A DNA stretch of 64,000 bases from an uncultured Candidatus Saccharibacteria bacterium (lineage in GTDB: Bacteria > Patescibacteriota > Doudnabacteria > UBA920), in NCBI GenBank assembly GCA_964631145.1, contig CAZVXT010000001.1, forward strand, positions 457,237 through 521,236, written 5' to 3'. Shown here piece by piece: positions 26,893-36,737 of the stretch. How positions within the stretch are numbered: the stretch's first letter is position 1; every line of letters begins with the position of its first letter. Below the pieces are notes generated by a model, which was not told the origin of the DNA, searched no databases, and was given only the letters and a program-made list of their open reading frames with translations. The position numbers and the translations under genes are program-made.

Positions 26893-28747
26893 GATTATTT
26901 TGTCCTAGCGGAGGGTCTGAGTTAGACTGTTCTGGTGACGTTTTTTCTAATTCGTCAGCAGAAGCATCATCGTCTTCAGCTTTGCTAGAAATTTGGTTGG
27001 AATAGAAGTCTGAGAAGAATTCTCGCGCTTCTTCTGTTGGGGCGACAACTACATGGTAGCAGTTGTTGTTTTCGCGGACCCAAGATATCATTCCCGCAGA
27101 TTCTAAATCTGTTAAAACAAATTCAATATCTGACTTTTCATCAGCGGTAAGCGATGAATAGGGAATATCAAATGCTAATCCATAGTAATGCCAAGATTTG
27201 TCTTTGGTGGCAAATCTATTAGTTTTTGTAATTTGGTTCTGATACCAAATTGTTCTTGTGTATGAACTTATATCAAAACTAACTGCTTGCTTGGATTTGC
27301 TATTGCGTAATTCTTGAAGCGCAGTAGCAACGTATAGTAGCATTCCAGTTGTGTATTTGTAAGCGTAGTGGTAATACTTTCTATCACTTACATTTGGATC
27401 ACTAGAACCTAAGGGTCTAACGGTGTATCCGTATTTATCTCCTTTTGGTATCGGAACCAAAGTGCCATCTTTAACCTTATTTTTTAAATCATCCATATCC
27501 TTAAAGGCAGGATCATTGTGTTGGTTAAAAAATGACCACATTCTACTTTTTTGTGCCTTGCCTTTATAAAATTGTTGCTTGGACAGAGTAATAAATTGAT
27601 CTTTATTTGTTCTATACAACGTCATCAAATTTTTCCAGCAAGCCACTTTAAACCAATAACGGGGCGACCAATCTTTTTGAGTTAAAGTTTTGATCATTTG
27701 GTATGTTCCGCCATTATGGTATGGTGTGTTACGAAAGAATATATCACGGTAGTGAATATTATACTTTTGCAGAGCTTGTTTTACAGTGCCTTCAATTTGC
27801 TTTGGTGCAATATACATCATAATAAGTTTGGTTAAAGCACCTCTTCCCATATGATATTCTACAACTGCAAATTGCCAGTCACCATAAGTATCGTAAGAAT
27901 CTTTAAGTGCCCTTGCTGCAGCGGGGATAGCTAGTTCTGGATTGTAGCGGTCATCTCGACCATCTTCAATTACCAGTCCAACTTCACGCGCCCTAGCTTT
28001 AGAAAACATCGCGATCCCACATGGTCCAGTTGGGCTGGCTCCAGTAGATTTGCCTTGATTTTCTGTTAGCAGTAAAGCCTCTAATAAATTTGGATCCAAT
28101 CCCACAGCGTTGGCAGATTCTTCGATTAAGGAACGATATTCCATAATTCGATCTGGTGCTTCTCGCTGAGGGTCTGTTTTTAAAACATTAAACGATTGAG
28201 TTTGTATATACTCTTGTTCCCGCTTTACCAAATCTTCATCCTTTGCTTTTACCCGAGATAAACCCAAACTTTCTTTTGCAGATTTTGGATTTATTTTTAT
28301 GGGTAAGATCGTTGGTTGAGGGGTTGGTAGAGTCGGTGTTTCCGAGTTTTTAACTTCTTCGTTTGCAATTTTTTTGGAAACAGATTTGCTAGACCATATT
28401 CTAATTGCTATATAAGCAAATATGGTTGTATTTAGAATTGCCGCTAAACAGATTACGCAAATTGTTGTCGCTACTATAGCCTTAGTTTTTGAGCTAAGTC
28501 TTTTAAGGTAACGACCAAAATTATCCAATTTTACGCTAATAATTTTCCCATACCACTTAGTTTCTTTATATAGTTCTGGTAAATTCATACCAGCTAATTG
28601 AGAAATAACTGTGATGGTAAATTTAGTCCAAAAGATAATCTTTTCAAAATTATTTCTGGATACATAAAAATCAGAATTGAGCCATGCAATTCTTATCCTC
28701 TTAAACACACCTAGTAAGGAACTAGGATTTAAATAGCTTTTCTTCAT
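26888..28747 (-). CDS. Membrane-anchored protein with lytic-transglycosylase (SLT)-like domain and Pro-rich linker
   Basis: ..EESANAVGLDPNLLEALLLTENQGKS..GPCGIAMF.. resembles the SLT E-S...GLMQ signature. An N-terminal TM is present. Confidence 0.55.
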   Translation of the reverse strand: MKKSYLNPSSLLGVFKRIRIAWLNSDFYVSRNNFEKIIFWTKFTITVISQLAGMNLPELYKETKWYGKIISVKLDNFGRYLKRLSSKTKAIVATTICVICLAAILNTTIFAYIAIRIWSSKSVSKKIANEEVKNSETPTLPTPQPTILPIKINPKSAKESLGLSRVKAKDEDLVKREQEYIQTQSFNVLKTDPQREAPDRIMEYRSLIEESANAVGLDPNLLEALLLTENQGKSTGASPTGPCGIAMFSKARAREVGLVIEDGRDDRYNPELAIPAAARALKDSYDTYGDWQFAVVEYHMGRGALTKLIMMYIAPKQIEGTVKQALQKYNIHYRDIFFRNTPYHNGGTYQMIKTLTQKDWSPRYWFKVACWKNLMTLYRTNKDQFITLSKQQFYKGKAQKSRMWSFFNQHNDPAFKDMDDLKNKVKDGTLVPIPKGDKYGYTVRPLGSSDPNVSDRKYYHYAYKYTTGMLLYVATALQELRNSKSKQAVSFDISSYTRTIWYQNQITKTNRFATKDKSWHYYGLAFDIPYSSLTADEKSDIEFVLTDLESAGMISWVRENNNCYHVVVAPTEEAREFFSDFYSNQISSKAEDDDASADELEKTSPEQSNSDPPLGQNNQ

Positions 28748-28862
28748 AAAAAGCCTCCTTTGATAGATTTTTTGTGGAAAAATTGAAGTTCTCCAGCGAA
28801 GTCATAGTAATATGACATCAAATTATACGTTATTGTAATTATTTTGTCAAGTATAATGGTAT

Positions 28863-28891
28863 TGACAATTAATTAAATCTATACTATAATA
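28863..28891 (+). promoter_or_regulatory. Sigma-70-like promoter
   Basis: TTGACA-17nt-TATAAT, followed by a GGAGGA RBS 7 nt before the ATG at 28969. Confidence 0.6.
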
Positions 28892-28968
28892 TTGGTGCTT
28901 AAAATATTTTAGGCAAATTCAAAACTCGCTGACCATCCAAAAAGGTCACAAAAATGGAGGACATACCT

Positions 28969-29568
28969 ATGAAAACAGTTATTGATTTTCTCAAAACCGC
29001 GAAATCAATCAACTTATTGATTTTAACTTTATTTGCATTTTCAATTCTTGGACTCTTAATTTGGCATTTTGCCGGTATTATTAAGTCCATGCATCTGAAT
29101 ATACCCTTAGGATTTTGGTATTTATTTATCTTTTCTTTATTTTTGATTAGCTTAGGAAAATTTTATGTTTACCCTAGTATAAAAAATAAAGAAATTGCTA
29201 AAAATACTAACGATTCCAAAAAGCTCACTCCAGCCAAAAGAATCGAACTTCTAATTTATCCCGTCATGCTTCTATTAGTTGCTAATATTGCTTTTACTAA
29301 TTATAAAGCCGATACTAGCTATCTACTTATAAGTCAATCTAATAACAACACTTGCCCAAGTGCTGTAAAAGGGGAGACTCTTAGTGCTTCTGCTGAACTT
29401 GAAGCTACTTTGGAAGAAAAAACTGATTCCGATACGCCCGTATCTACAGTAAATGATGAGAATAAAGAAAAAATAGAAGAAAAGCCTAAAGAAGAAGATA
29501 CTTTAACTGATAGAATCAAAAAAACTATCGTAGATTACTTCTTGGATAAAGTTAAAAAGAATATATAA
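28969..29568 (+). CDS. Hypothetical membrane protein with acidic Glu/Lys-rich C-terminal tail
   Basis: The start was reassigned to the ATG preceded by GGAGGA. Three predicted TMs are present. Confidence 0.5.
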   Translation: MKTVIDFLKTAKSINLLILTLFAFSILGLLIWHFAGIIKSMHLNIPLGFWYLFIFSLFLISLGKFYVYPSIKNKEIAKNTNDSKKLTPAKRIELLIYPVMLLLVANIAFTNYKADTSYLLISQSNNNTCPSAVKGETLSASAELEATLEEKTDSDTPVSTVNDENKEKIEEKPKEEDTLTDRIKKTIVDYFLDKVKKNI

Positions 29569-29701
29569 CTACCTCAAATAAGAGGTAAACCAAAGCTGCT
29601 ATTTAAAATAAGCAGCTTTTTATTTTTTATTAATCAAAACAGCATAATTTCTTCATAAAAAATACGTTTCCACTGTAATTTAGTGGTATAATATAGTAGA
29701 A

Positions 29702-30994
29702 ATGAATTTGAATAATATCAAAAATAAAATTAGCAAATTTTTTATCGGAGCTACTGCTTTAGTAGCAATTTTTGGCTATGTTTTTCCAGTGTCGGCACAA
29801 CAAAACAATGATAACCGTAAAGACGCATTGCAGTTAAGATTAAATCAAATCAAAAGTCAGATAAATAGTTATCAACAGCAAATTAGTCAATATAAAAATC
29901 AAGCAGCTAGTTTGAAAAATGAAATTGGTATTTATGATAATCAAATCAGCTCTTTAGAATTACAAATCCAGGCTAATGAAACTCAAACCGAAGATGCTAA
30001 TTTACAAATTAATGAGCTACAGATTCAAATAGATAAGCGCAAAGCAGAAATTGAAGAGAATAAAGCTTTAATGGGGCAATTAATAGCTCAATTGGCTGAG
30101 TTAGATGGTAATTCTTTTTTGCAAATGGGACTTGGTAGCGATGATTTTTCAAGTTTCTTGGATCAGGTTCAATATACAAAAAGTGTTCAAAGTAAAGTTT
30201 ATGACTTAGTTTCAAAAATTAAGGAAATTAAGCAAAAGTTAGAAACTCAACAGAAGGATTTAAAAGAACAATTGCAAAAGTTGGAATCATTAGCAGAGCA
30301 ACTGGGTATTAGTCAAGATGCGTTAGAATCACAACGTAAATCTAAAGAGTCACTGCTTAGTCAGACTAAAGGCGCAGAAAGCAATTATCAAAAATTGTTG
30401 TCACAAAGTAAGAGCGAACAGGATCAGCTAACTAAAGAAATTAATGATCTAGATTCCGCAGCTCAGTCTAAAGGTGGTAAATCCATCTCTGTTAGTAAAG
30501 GTATTTTGGGTTGGCCAATGGATGGTGTAATGTCCCAGGGTTATGGTAATACTGGATTCACTTCTTTGGGTTATAATTTTCACAACGGTGTAGATATTAC
30601 TGCGCCAGCAGGAAAGCCTATTTATGCTCCAGCTGATGGTACAGTTGCAAATTGTGATACTGGAGAAGCAGCTTATGGAAATTGGTGTACTATTAGACAT
30701 ACTATTGAAACTAAAAATGGTAAGAGAAATATTGTTACTTTGTTTGGTCATATGAGGTCATACAAAGTTAAGCCTGGTCAAAAAGTCGAGCGTGGAGATC
30801 TTATCGGTTATGAAGGAAACACCGGTAATACAACTAGATTGTTATATGGACCAGAACGTGGTTATCATTTGCATTTTACTGTTTTTGACGCAGATACTTA
30901 TAAGGTAACAAAAGGTCAATACACATCAGTCTACGGAAGTTATTCTATACCATCAGGATATACTTATAACCCGTTAGAATTTTTAGGTAAATAA
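29702..30994 (+). CDS. M23 (LytM-type) peptidoglycan metalloendopeptidase with long N-terminal coiled coil (EnvC-like)
   Basis: A signal/TM and Q-rich heptad repeats are followed by ..HNGVDITAPAGKPIYAPADGTV.. ..HLHFTV. Confidence 0.85.
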   Translation: MNLNNIKNKISKFFIGATALVAIFGYVFPVSAQQNNDNRKDALQLRLNQIKSQINSYQQQISQYKNQAASLKNEIGIYDNQISSLELQIQANETQTEDANLQINELQIQIDKRKAEIEENKALMGQLIAQLAELDGNSFLQMGLGSDDFSSFLDQVQYTKSVQSKVYDLVSKIKEIKQKLETQQKDLKEQLQKLESLAEQLGISQDALESQRKSKESLLSQTKGAESNYQKLLSQSKSEQDQLTKEINDLDSAAQSKGGKSISVSKGILGWPMDGVMSQGYGNTGFTSLGYNFHNGVDITAPAGKPIYAPADGTVANCDTGEAAYGNWCTIRHTIETKNGKRNIVTLFGHMRSYKVKPGQKVERGDLIGYEGNTGNTTRLLYGPERGYHLHFTVFDADTYKVTKGQYTSVYGSYSIPSGYTYNPLEFLGK

Positions 30995-30999
30995 ATTTT

Positions 31000-32049
31000 G
31001 TGAGAAAATTTTATAACCCACTTAAAATCGGTTTGCTTGTCAGCATGCTTATATTTCAGTTATTAGCATATTCGCCGTATGCACAAGCACAAGGTTTGCC
31101 TGATCCTTTAAAGCCGAGCACGTCTGTTACATCTAACGATCTTCCAAAATACAATGCAGGGGTTGACCAGAGCATTAAAGATTATCTTTGTACTCCAAAT
31201 GATAATAATTTGGGAGTCGGTTTGTATGATTGTATAACTAGATTATACAAATTTGGTATTTCTTTTGGTGCTATTGTACTGGTATTTTTCGTTGTATATG
31301 CAGGATATTTATATATAATTTCTGGAGAAAAGGGGAAGGGGAGTGCAAAAAATTATATAAGTAGCGCAATAACAGGAATGATAATTATACTTTCCAGTTA
31401 TGTACTATTAAATTTTATTAGTCCAGAATTAGTAAAGTTTAAGCCTATTCAGCCGCCAATTTTTAGTGCAGCCGATTTGCCTAAATGTGAAGATATCGGG
31501 TTTAGCACAAACTGTATTGTTGGTGATCCGACTAGCCCAAATGTTGGGCAGGTGGTTTATAGTGGTAAGACAAGCGGTGGTAGTTGTCGAATTTCTAATA
31601 CCGCTGGATGTGCTGTTGGTGTAATGAAGCAATGTAGTTTATGGAATCCAGAAGATGCATCTCGTATATGTAATTTAGAAAGTGGTGGGGGAACTAAACT
31701 TAATATTGCTAGTGGTAGCGACAAATGTACTGCGGATGGGACGCCTTTTTCTTATGGGTTGTGGCAATTCAATTTGACTGTTCATCAAGGGCAATCTTAT
31801 ATGCCTGCAGCATGTCAGAAAAAGTTATTTAGCGGAGTTAACTTTGGTTGTAGATTGATAGTTTCAAAAGCAGAGTTGGATGCTTGTGTAAACGCTTTGG
31901 GTACTGCGGAAGCCCAAACAAAAGCTGCATGTGGATTGTATCAACAAAGTAAATTTAATCCATGGAAATGTTCTGCCTTTCGATGTCAGATTTCTGGATA
32001 TGGTAATCCGAATAGTAAATATTGCCCAGCAACATTCCCAGCTAGATAA
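31000..32049 (+). CDS. Secreted/membrane protein: signal peptide + two-TM pilin-like module + Cys-rich lysozyme/lytic-transglycosylase-like C-terminal domain
   Basis: The signal peptide ends ...AYSPYAQA|QG. Then come DLPKYNAGVDQSIKDYLC, two TM helices and KPIQPPIFSAADLP. The C-terminal domain carries CNLESGGG ... SYGLWQFN (an E-S...GLxQ-type signature). Confidence 0.6.
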   Translation: MRKFYNPLKIGLLVSMLIFQLLAYSPYAQAQGLPDPLKPSTSVTSNDLPKYNAGVDQSIKDYLCTPNDNNLGVGLYDCITRLYKFGISFGAIVLVFFVVYAGYLYIISGEKGKGSAKNYISSAITGMIIILSSYVLLNFISPELVKFKPIQPPIFSAADLPKCEDIGFSTNCIVGDPTSPNVGQVVYSGKTSGGSCRISNTAGCAVGVMKQCSLWNPEDASRICNLESGGGTKLNIASGSDKCTADGTPFSYGLWQFNLTVHQGQSYMPAACQKKLFSGVNFGCRLIVSKAELDACVNALGTAEAQTKAACGLYQQSKFNPWKCSAFRCQISGYGNPNSKYCPATFPAR

Positions 32050-32065
32050 ATATTTTATAAAATAT

Positions 32066-32521
32066 ATGAGTATAAATACCAAATTAACAATTTTATTAGC
32101 AGTAGTATTTTTAATATGTACATCAGTTGTAATTTATTTTGTTTTGCAACAAAATAAAAGCTCTAATAATACACCAATTAAATCTGGCAACTCTGGTATT
32201 TATTCTGAAGAGCAATTAAAACAGAGTGCTATTAAATCTGATATGGATATATTAACTTTAGCTGATCAACCTGACTTTTATATTACATATTCGCTTACTG
32301 CAAAAGAATTTATAATCGAATTAACACCTCAAGATTTATCTACAGATTATAATCAATTAAGACTTCAAGCTGAAGACTCATTTTTAAATTTATTAAAGAT
32401 AGGGGATAAGCAAAAATTATGTGGACAAAACATTTCTGTGCTGGTGCCGCCGTCTTATAAACCAGAATACTCAGGATTTAACTATGGTTTAAGTTTTTGT
32501 ACAGGATCATTAAAATTTTAG
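32066..32521 (+). CDS. Hypothetical small membrane-anchored protein
   Basis: The ATG at 32066 gives an N-terminal TM (LTILLAVVFLICTSVVIYFVL). The longer upstream ORF would overlap the preceding gene. Confidence 0.4.
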   Translation: MSINTKLTILLAVVFLICTSVVIYFVLQQNKSSNNTPIKSGNSGIYSEEQLKQSAIKSDMDILTLADQPDFYITYSLTAKEFIIELTPQDLSTDYNQLRLQAEDSFLNLLKIGDKQKLCGQNISVLVPPSYKPEYSGFNYGLSFCTGSLKF

Positions 32522-32531
32522 GTAATTAAAT

Positions 32532-33251
32532 ATGAACGAAAATAATTTGCAAGAAAATAAAAATAGCAATATTAATTGGTGGCTTATATCGCTAGCGATT
32601 GTGATTGGATTTTGGCTAGTTGCTATGGGTATTGTTGTAGCTGGTTGGTTAATATCAAAAGAAATGGCAAAAAAAGAAATCGGTACCAATCCATATGCTC
32701 AAGTATCTAACAAAATTGATTTTGCTACCGATGACCAAATGCCTTCACTCGGGGATGCTAATAGTAAGGTTAATTTTGTTTTATTTGCTGATTTTCAATG
32801 TCCTTATTGTAAACAATTTCATGACGAAGTATATCCGCAATTGAAAAAAGAATTTATAGATACTAACAAAATTAAATTTACATTTGCTGATTTTGCTTTT
32901 TTGGGAGAGGAGTCTAAACAGGCGGCAAGTGCATCTAGGTGTGCTCTAGAGCAAAATAAATATTGGGAATATTTTGACTATTTATACAACCACCAAGCGG
33001 GCGAAAATGAAGGTGGCTTTTCAGATGAAAATTTAAAAACGTTTGCAGAGGTTTTAGGTTTGGATAAAACTAAATTCAATTCTTGTATTGATAGTGCAAA
33101 ATACAAAACAACAATAGAAAATCTAACTAAATCAGCTAGCGATGCCGGTGTTTCTTCTACGCCTACAATATTAATAAATGGTTTAAAATTTGAAGGTGTG
33201 TTGCCATACGAAAATTTAAAACAAATAATTTTATCAGAACTATCTAAGTAG
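32532..33251 (+). CDS. DsbA-family thiol:disulfide oxidoreductase (membrane-anchored)
   Basis: An N-terminal TM is followed by FQCPYCKQFHDE, a thioredoxin-fold CxxC, and a DsbA-like helical insert. Confidence 0.8.
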   Translation: MNENNLQENKNSNINWWLISLAIVIGFWLVAMGIVVAGWLISKEMAKKEIGTNPYAQVSNKIDFATDDQMPSLGDANSKVNFVLFADFQCPYCKQFHDEVYPQLKKEFIDTNKIKFTFADFAFLGEESKQAASASRCALEQNKYWEYFDYLYNHQAGENEGGFSDENLKTFAEVLGLDKTKFNSCIDSAKYKTTIENLTKSASDAGVSSTPTILINGLKFEGVLPYENLKQIILSELSK

Positions 33252-33274
33252 CTTTGTATTAAAGGATTTAATAT

Positions 33275-34960
33275 ATGAATCATAGTAAGTTTTTTAAAAA
33301 AATATTTATTATTACCTTATCGATAATTTTATTAAATCCTTTGTTTGTTTATGCTCAAGGTTCTACAGGTGCTAAGCCTACTAGTACAACCTCTAAAACT
33401 CCTACAACACAAGCTCCAACTCAGATCAACACTAACCCCACTTCTAGTGATTTACCAAAATATAATGCAGGGGTTGATCAAAGTATAAAAGATTATTTGT
33501 GTTCGCCATCAAATGACGGTAATGATTTGGTTAGATGTATAAATAGAGTATATAAATTTGGTGTATCATTTGGCGCCATTGTTTTGGTATTTTTTGTAGT
33601 TCTTGCTGGATATATTTATATTATGCAAGGAGAAAGTGGCAAAGCAAAAGCTAAGAATATTTTACAAAATTCTATTGTGGGGATGGGTATATTGCTTGGT
33701 AGCTATGTGTTACTATATTTTATCAATCCACAACTTACAACTTTTAAACCTATTCAGCCACCAATTTTTAGTGCAGCCGATTTGCCTTCATGTGAAGAAG
33801 TGGGATTTGGTACTAATTGTGTAATAACAACAGGAGCAAATGCAGGGCAGGTTGTAGATGGAGATGGGGCATGTGCCATGCCTTTGGATGCGACTAAAGT
33901 AAAAGGGTTTAATGCCACAGTTCATAACCCTTGGGATAATAATCCCGCAACACCGGATAGGCATAGAACAGTTCATTATCAGCCTAATAGTCCACCGCCA
34001 GAAGGTGCTGTAGATGCTGCAATGGGTAAAGGTAATCCATCTGCTTCTGTTTTTGCTCCAATCTCAGGAAAGGTGTATGTCCGTAAAGACCTTGGTGATG
34101 GTACCGGTAGTTATATTACCATTACCTCAGATACCAGACCTGGAGCAGATTGTTCTAATGCCAATCGTTGTGCGAGTTTGGCTCACATTGATCCTTCTGT
34201 TCAAGTAGGAAATTCTGTAACTGCTGGACAACAAGTAGGGATTACTCATATGTATACAGGTTCTCTTGGACCTCATTTGCATTTTGAATTAAAGTTAAAT
34301 GGACAGTGGATTACTGGAGACGGTAAATCAGGAACATGGGGAAATATGAAATCAGCATTATCTTCATGTAAAGCTAATAATGGTGGAGATACTCCTTCAG
34401 GTTTGGTGAATGCAAATAGCATTGTTCCTAGTTTGCAAGTAGATATGCAGTATGCTTCCGCTATTCCTTCTAGTAATAATTTCACTAAGACTGCTTTATA
34501 TATCGGCAATGATGCAAAGTTCGGCTCAGCATGTTTCTTGACCAAAGACATGGCTAATAAGTTAAAAGTTGCTTATGAACAATTGCAAAAACTAAAACCT
34601 GGTTGGAAAATAAAAGCATGGGATTGTTATAGGCCAATGTCCATACAACAAAAAATGTATGATATAGTTCAAAATGATTCTAATAAAAATAATGATGGTC
34701 TTGTGGCAAAACCTACTGATACCGCCCAGCATCCGCGTGGCGTTGCTATAGATGCAACATTGGTAGATGCAAATGGTAAAGATGTTTCAATGCCAACATA
34801 CTTTGATTATTATAATAAGTCCGATCCAAAGCAGGATCCAGGTACTAGTTCTTATAACTCGTCTCCTTATAAAAATAATTCAGAGATATTAAATTCTATT
34901 ATGACTTCTGCTGGACTAATTAGGGCTGGTACTGAATGGTGGCATTTTGGATTGCCTTAA
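33275..34960 (+). CDS. Secreted/membrane protein: same pilin-like N-terminal module + M23 peptidase domain + M15 (VanY/LAS-type) D,D-peptidase domain
   Basis: The N-terminal ~190 aa are ~70% identical to the 31000 gene. The M23 domain shows ..FAPISGKVYV.. ..HLHFEL.. The M15 domain shows ..AQHPRGVAIDA.. ..EWWHFG. Confidence 0.75.
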   Translation: MNHSKFFKKIFIITLSIILLNPLFVYAQGSTGAKPTSTTSKTPTTQAPTQINTNPTSSDLPKYNAGVDQSIKDYLCSPSNDGNDLVRCINRVYKFGVSFGAIVLVFFVVLAGYIYIMQGESGKAKAKNILQNSIVGMGILLGSYVLLYFINPQLTTFKPIQPPIFSAADLPSCEEVGFGTNCVITTGANAGQVVDGDGACAMPLDATKVKGFNATVHNPWDNNPATPDRHRTVHYQPNSPPPEGAVDAAMGKGNPSASVFAPISGKVYVRKDLGDGTGSYITITSDTRPGADCSNANRCASLAHIDPSVQVGNSVTAGQQVGITHMYTGSLGPHLHFELKLNGQWITGDGKSGTWGNMKSALSSCKANNGGDTPSGLVNANSIVPSLQVDMQYASAIPSSNNFTKTALYIGNDAKFGSACFLTKDMANKLKVAYEQLQKLKPGWKIKAWDCYRPMSIQQKMYDIVQNDSNKNNDGLVAKPTDTAQHPRGVAIDATLVDANGKDVSMPTYFDYYNKSDPKQDPGTSSYNSSPYKNNSEILNSIMTSAGLIRAGTEWWHFGLP

Positions 34961-35017
34961 ATTATGATATAGTAGGCGATCGTGCATAATAAAAAGTTTT
35001 TAAATATATTAGAGAAT

Positions 35018-35052
35018 AAAAACCCACAACAGAATAATTGTGGGTTTTAATT
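35018..35052 (+). terminator. Intrinsic terminator
   Basis: AAAAACCCACAACAGAATAATTGTGGGTTTTAATT. Confidence 0.65.
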
Positions 35053-35420
35053 ATGAGTGTGAAGTGCTTATAAATTTATCTATCTATACTATAGAACATA
35101 ATTGCAACATACTATTTGTTATATTATATGTGTCGTACAAGATACATTGTGCGACGAATGAAATATTTCAAAAAATATACCTTCCCTGATATCCAAGCAT
35201 CTATATTGTGATGGTTTAATTGATCAGTAAGTATTAATCTATCGTATAGGAATTATAAGTCTTATGTTGTTAGGTAGATAAACTTTTAAAGCTTGTGATA
35301 TAGGGAGTGTATAGTGCAATCTGGGATGTAAGATGCTTTAATAACTAAATCAGTACTTCCCTACCTTACTAATTTTTTTTATATAGCATAGAAATGTATG
35401 GTTTTTAAATAAATCACATT

Positions 35421-36677
35421 TTATAATTCTTGAGTTGTATCCTTAGTAAGTTCTACCGCCTTTTCCAGAGCGGAAATAAATTTATTTATGTCTTCTTTGC
35501 TATTATCAGAACTCAAAGAAACTCTCAAACTATTTTTAGCCAACTTTTTATTTGCTCCGATCGCTATTAATACATGTGATGGATTATCGCTTCCGCTAGT
35601 ACATGCACTACCAGTACTAACTGCAAATCCTTCCGCGTCTAAATAATACATTAAAGCTTCGCCTTCTGTTCCTTCTATATAAAAGTTTGTTGTTCCTGGA
35701 AGTTTAGATAGTCCATAATTCCATTCCTCATCTTCGTTATATAAAGTTGAATTATTTTTTGGACCATTGATTACTATATGGTTAAAAGTCTTAATCAATT
35801 TTTCTTCCAAGTATTTTTGTAAAAATAAAACTTTCTTGATATTTTTTTCTTTATTGATTTGCGCTACTTTTAGCGCGGTGCTAAATCCTACAATCCCGGC
35901 TAAGTTTTCTGTGCCACTGCGTATTCCCCATTCTTGACCACCGCCATAAATAATAGGTTCGATTGCGCAGCTATTTTGTATATATAAAATTCCAACACCT
36001 TTTGGCCCATGAATTTTACTGCCATTTAGGCTTAGTAAATCTACTTTTAAATTTTGCATATCAAGATCTAAAAGTTCTCCTGCCTGGCAGGCGTCAGAAT
36101 GAAATTTGATTACTGGTAATTTGTTACGTAACCTTTTTTTATTTATACCATTAATAATTTTTCCTAATTTATAAATTGGTTGTATGGTACCGAGTTCATT
36201 ATTAGCATACATGATAGATACTAATGCAGTATCTTTTTTAATAAGATTTTGTAATAGATTAATATCTATAACACCTTCTTTATCTACAGGCAGGTAAGAC
36301 ACTCTCCATCCCTGCTTCTTTAACTCATTGAGTGATTCTAAAACTGCTTCATGCTCTATTTGTGTAGAAATTATATGACCGGGTTTTTTATACATCTCCA
36401 CAAAGTTTTTACACACACCAAAAATTGCCAAGTTTATACTTTCGGTTCCTCCGGATGTAAAAATAATTTCTTTACTATTATGAGTATTTAATATTTGAGA
36501 AATATTGCTACGGTGTGTTTCTAAAATACTTCTCGCTTCCCTACCCTGTGAATGTAAACTTGATGGATTGGCAAACTGGTTTTTTAAAAACGGCAACATA
36601 GCTTTAAAAACTTGATCATTGATATTGCCGCTTGCTGCGTTATCAAAATAAATTTTAGGATTTAGTCTCTTTTTCAT
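35421..36677 (-). CDS. Cysteine desulfurase (NifS/IscS, class V aminotransferase)
   Basis: ..SLNGSKIHGPKGVGILY.. is the PLP-Lys region, and the C-terminal ..STGSACTSGS.. holds the active-site Cys. Confidence 0.9.
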   Translation of the reverse strand: MKKRLNPKIYFDNAASGNINDQVFKAMLPFLKNQFANPSSLHSQGREARSILETHRSNISQILNTHNSKEIIFTSGGTESINLAIFGVCKNFVEMYKKPGHIISTQIEHEAVLESLNELKKQGWRVSYLPVDKEGVIDINLLQNLIKKDTALVSIMYANNELGTIQPIYKLGKIINGINKKRLRNKLPVIKFHSDACQAGELLDLDMQNLKVDLLSLNGSKIHGPKGVGILYIQNSCAIEPIIYGGGQEWGIRSGTENLAGIVGFSTALKVAQINKEKNIKKVLFLQKYLEEKLIKTFNHIVINGPKNNSTLYNEDEEWNYGLSKLPGTTNFYIEGTEGEALMYYLDAEGFAVSTGSACTSGSDNPSHVLIAIGANKKLAKNSLRVSLSSDNSKEDINKFISALEKAVELTKDTTQEL

Positions 36678-36680
36678 ACC

Positions 36681-36709
36681 TTGACATTATAAAATTTTTA
36701 TGACATAAT
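36681..36709 (+). promoter_or_regulatory. Sigma-70-like promoter of the 'TATGAtAAAAT' family
   Basis: TTGACA-17nt(TTATAAAATTTTTATGA)-CATAAT, then a GGAGGA RBS 8 nt before the ATG at 36738. Confidence 0.6.
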
Positions 36710-36737
36710 GTCAATAATAAATTCAGGAGGATATTTT

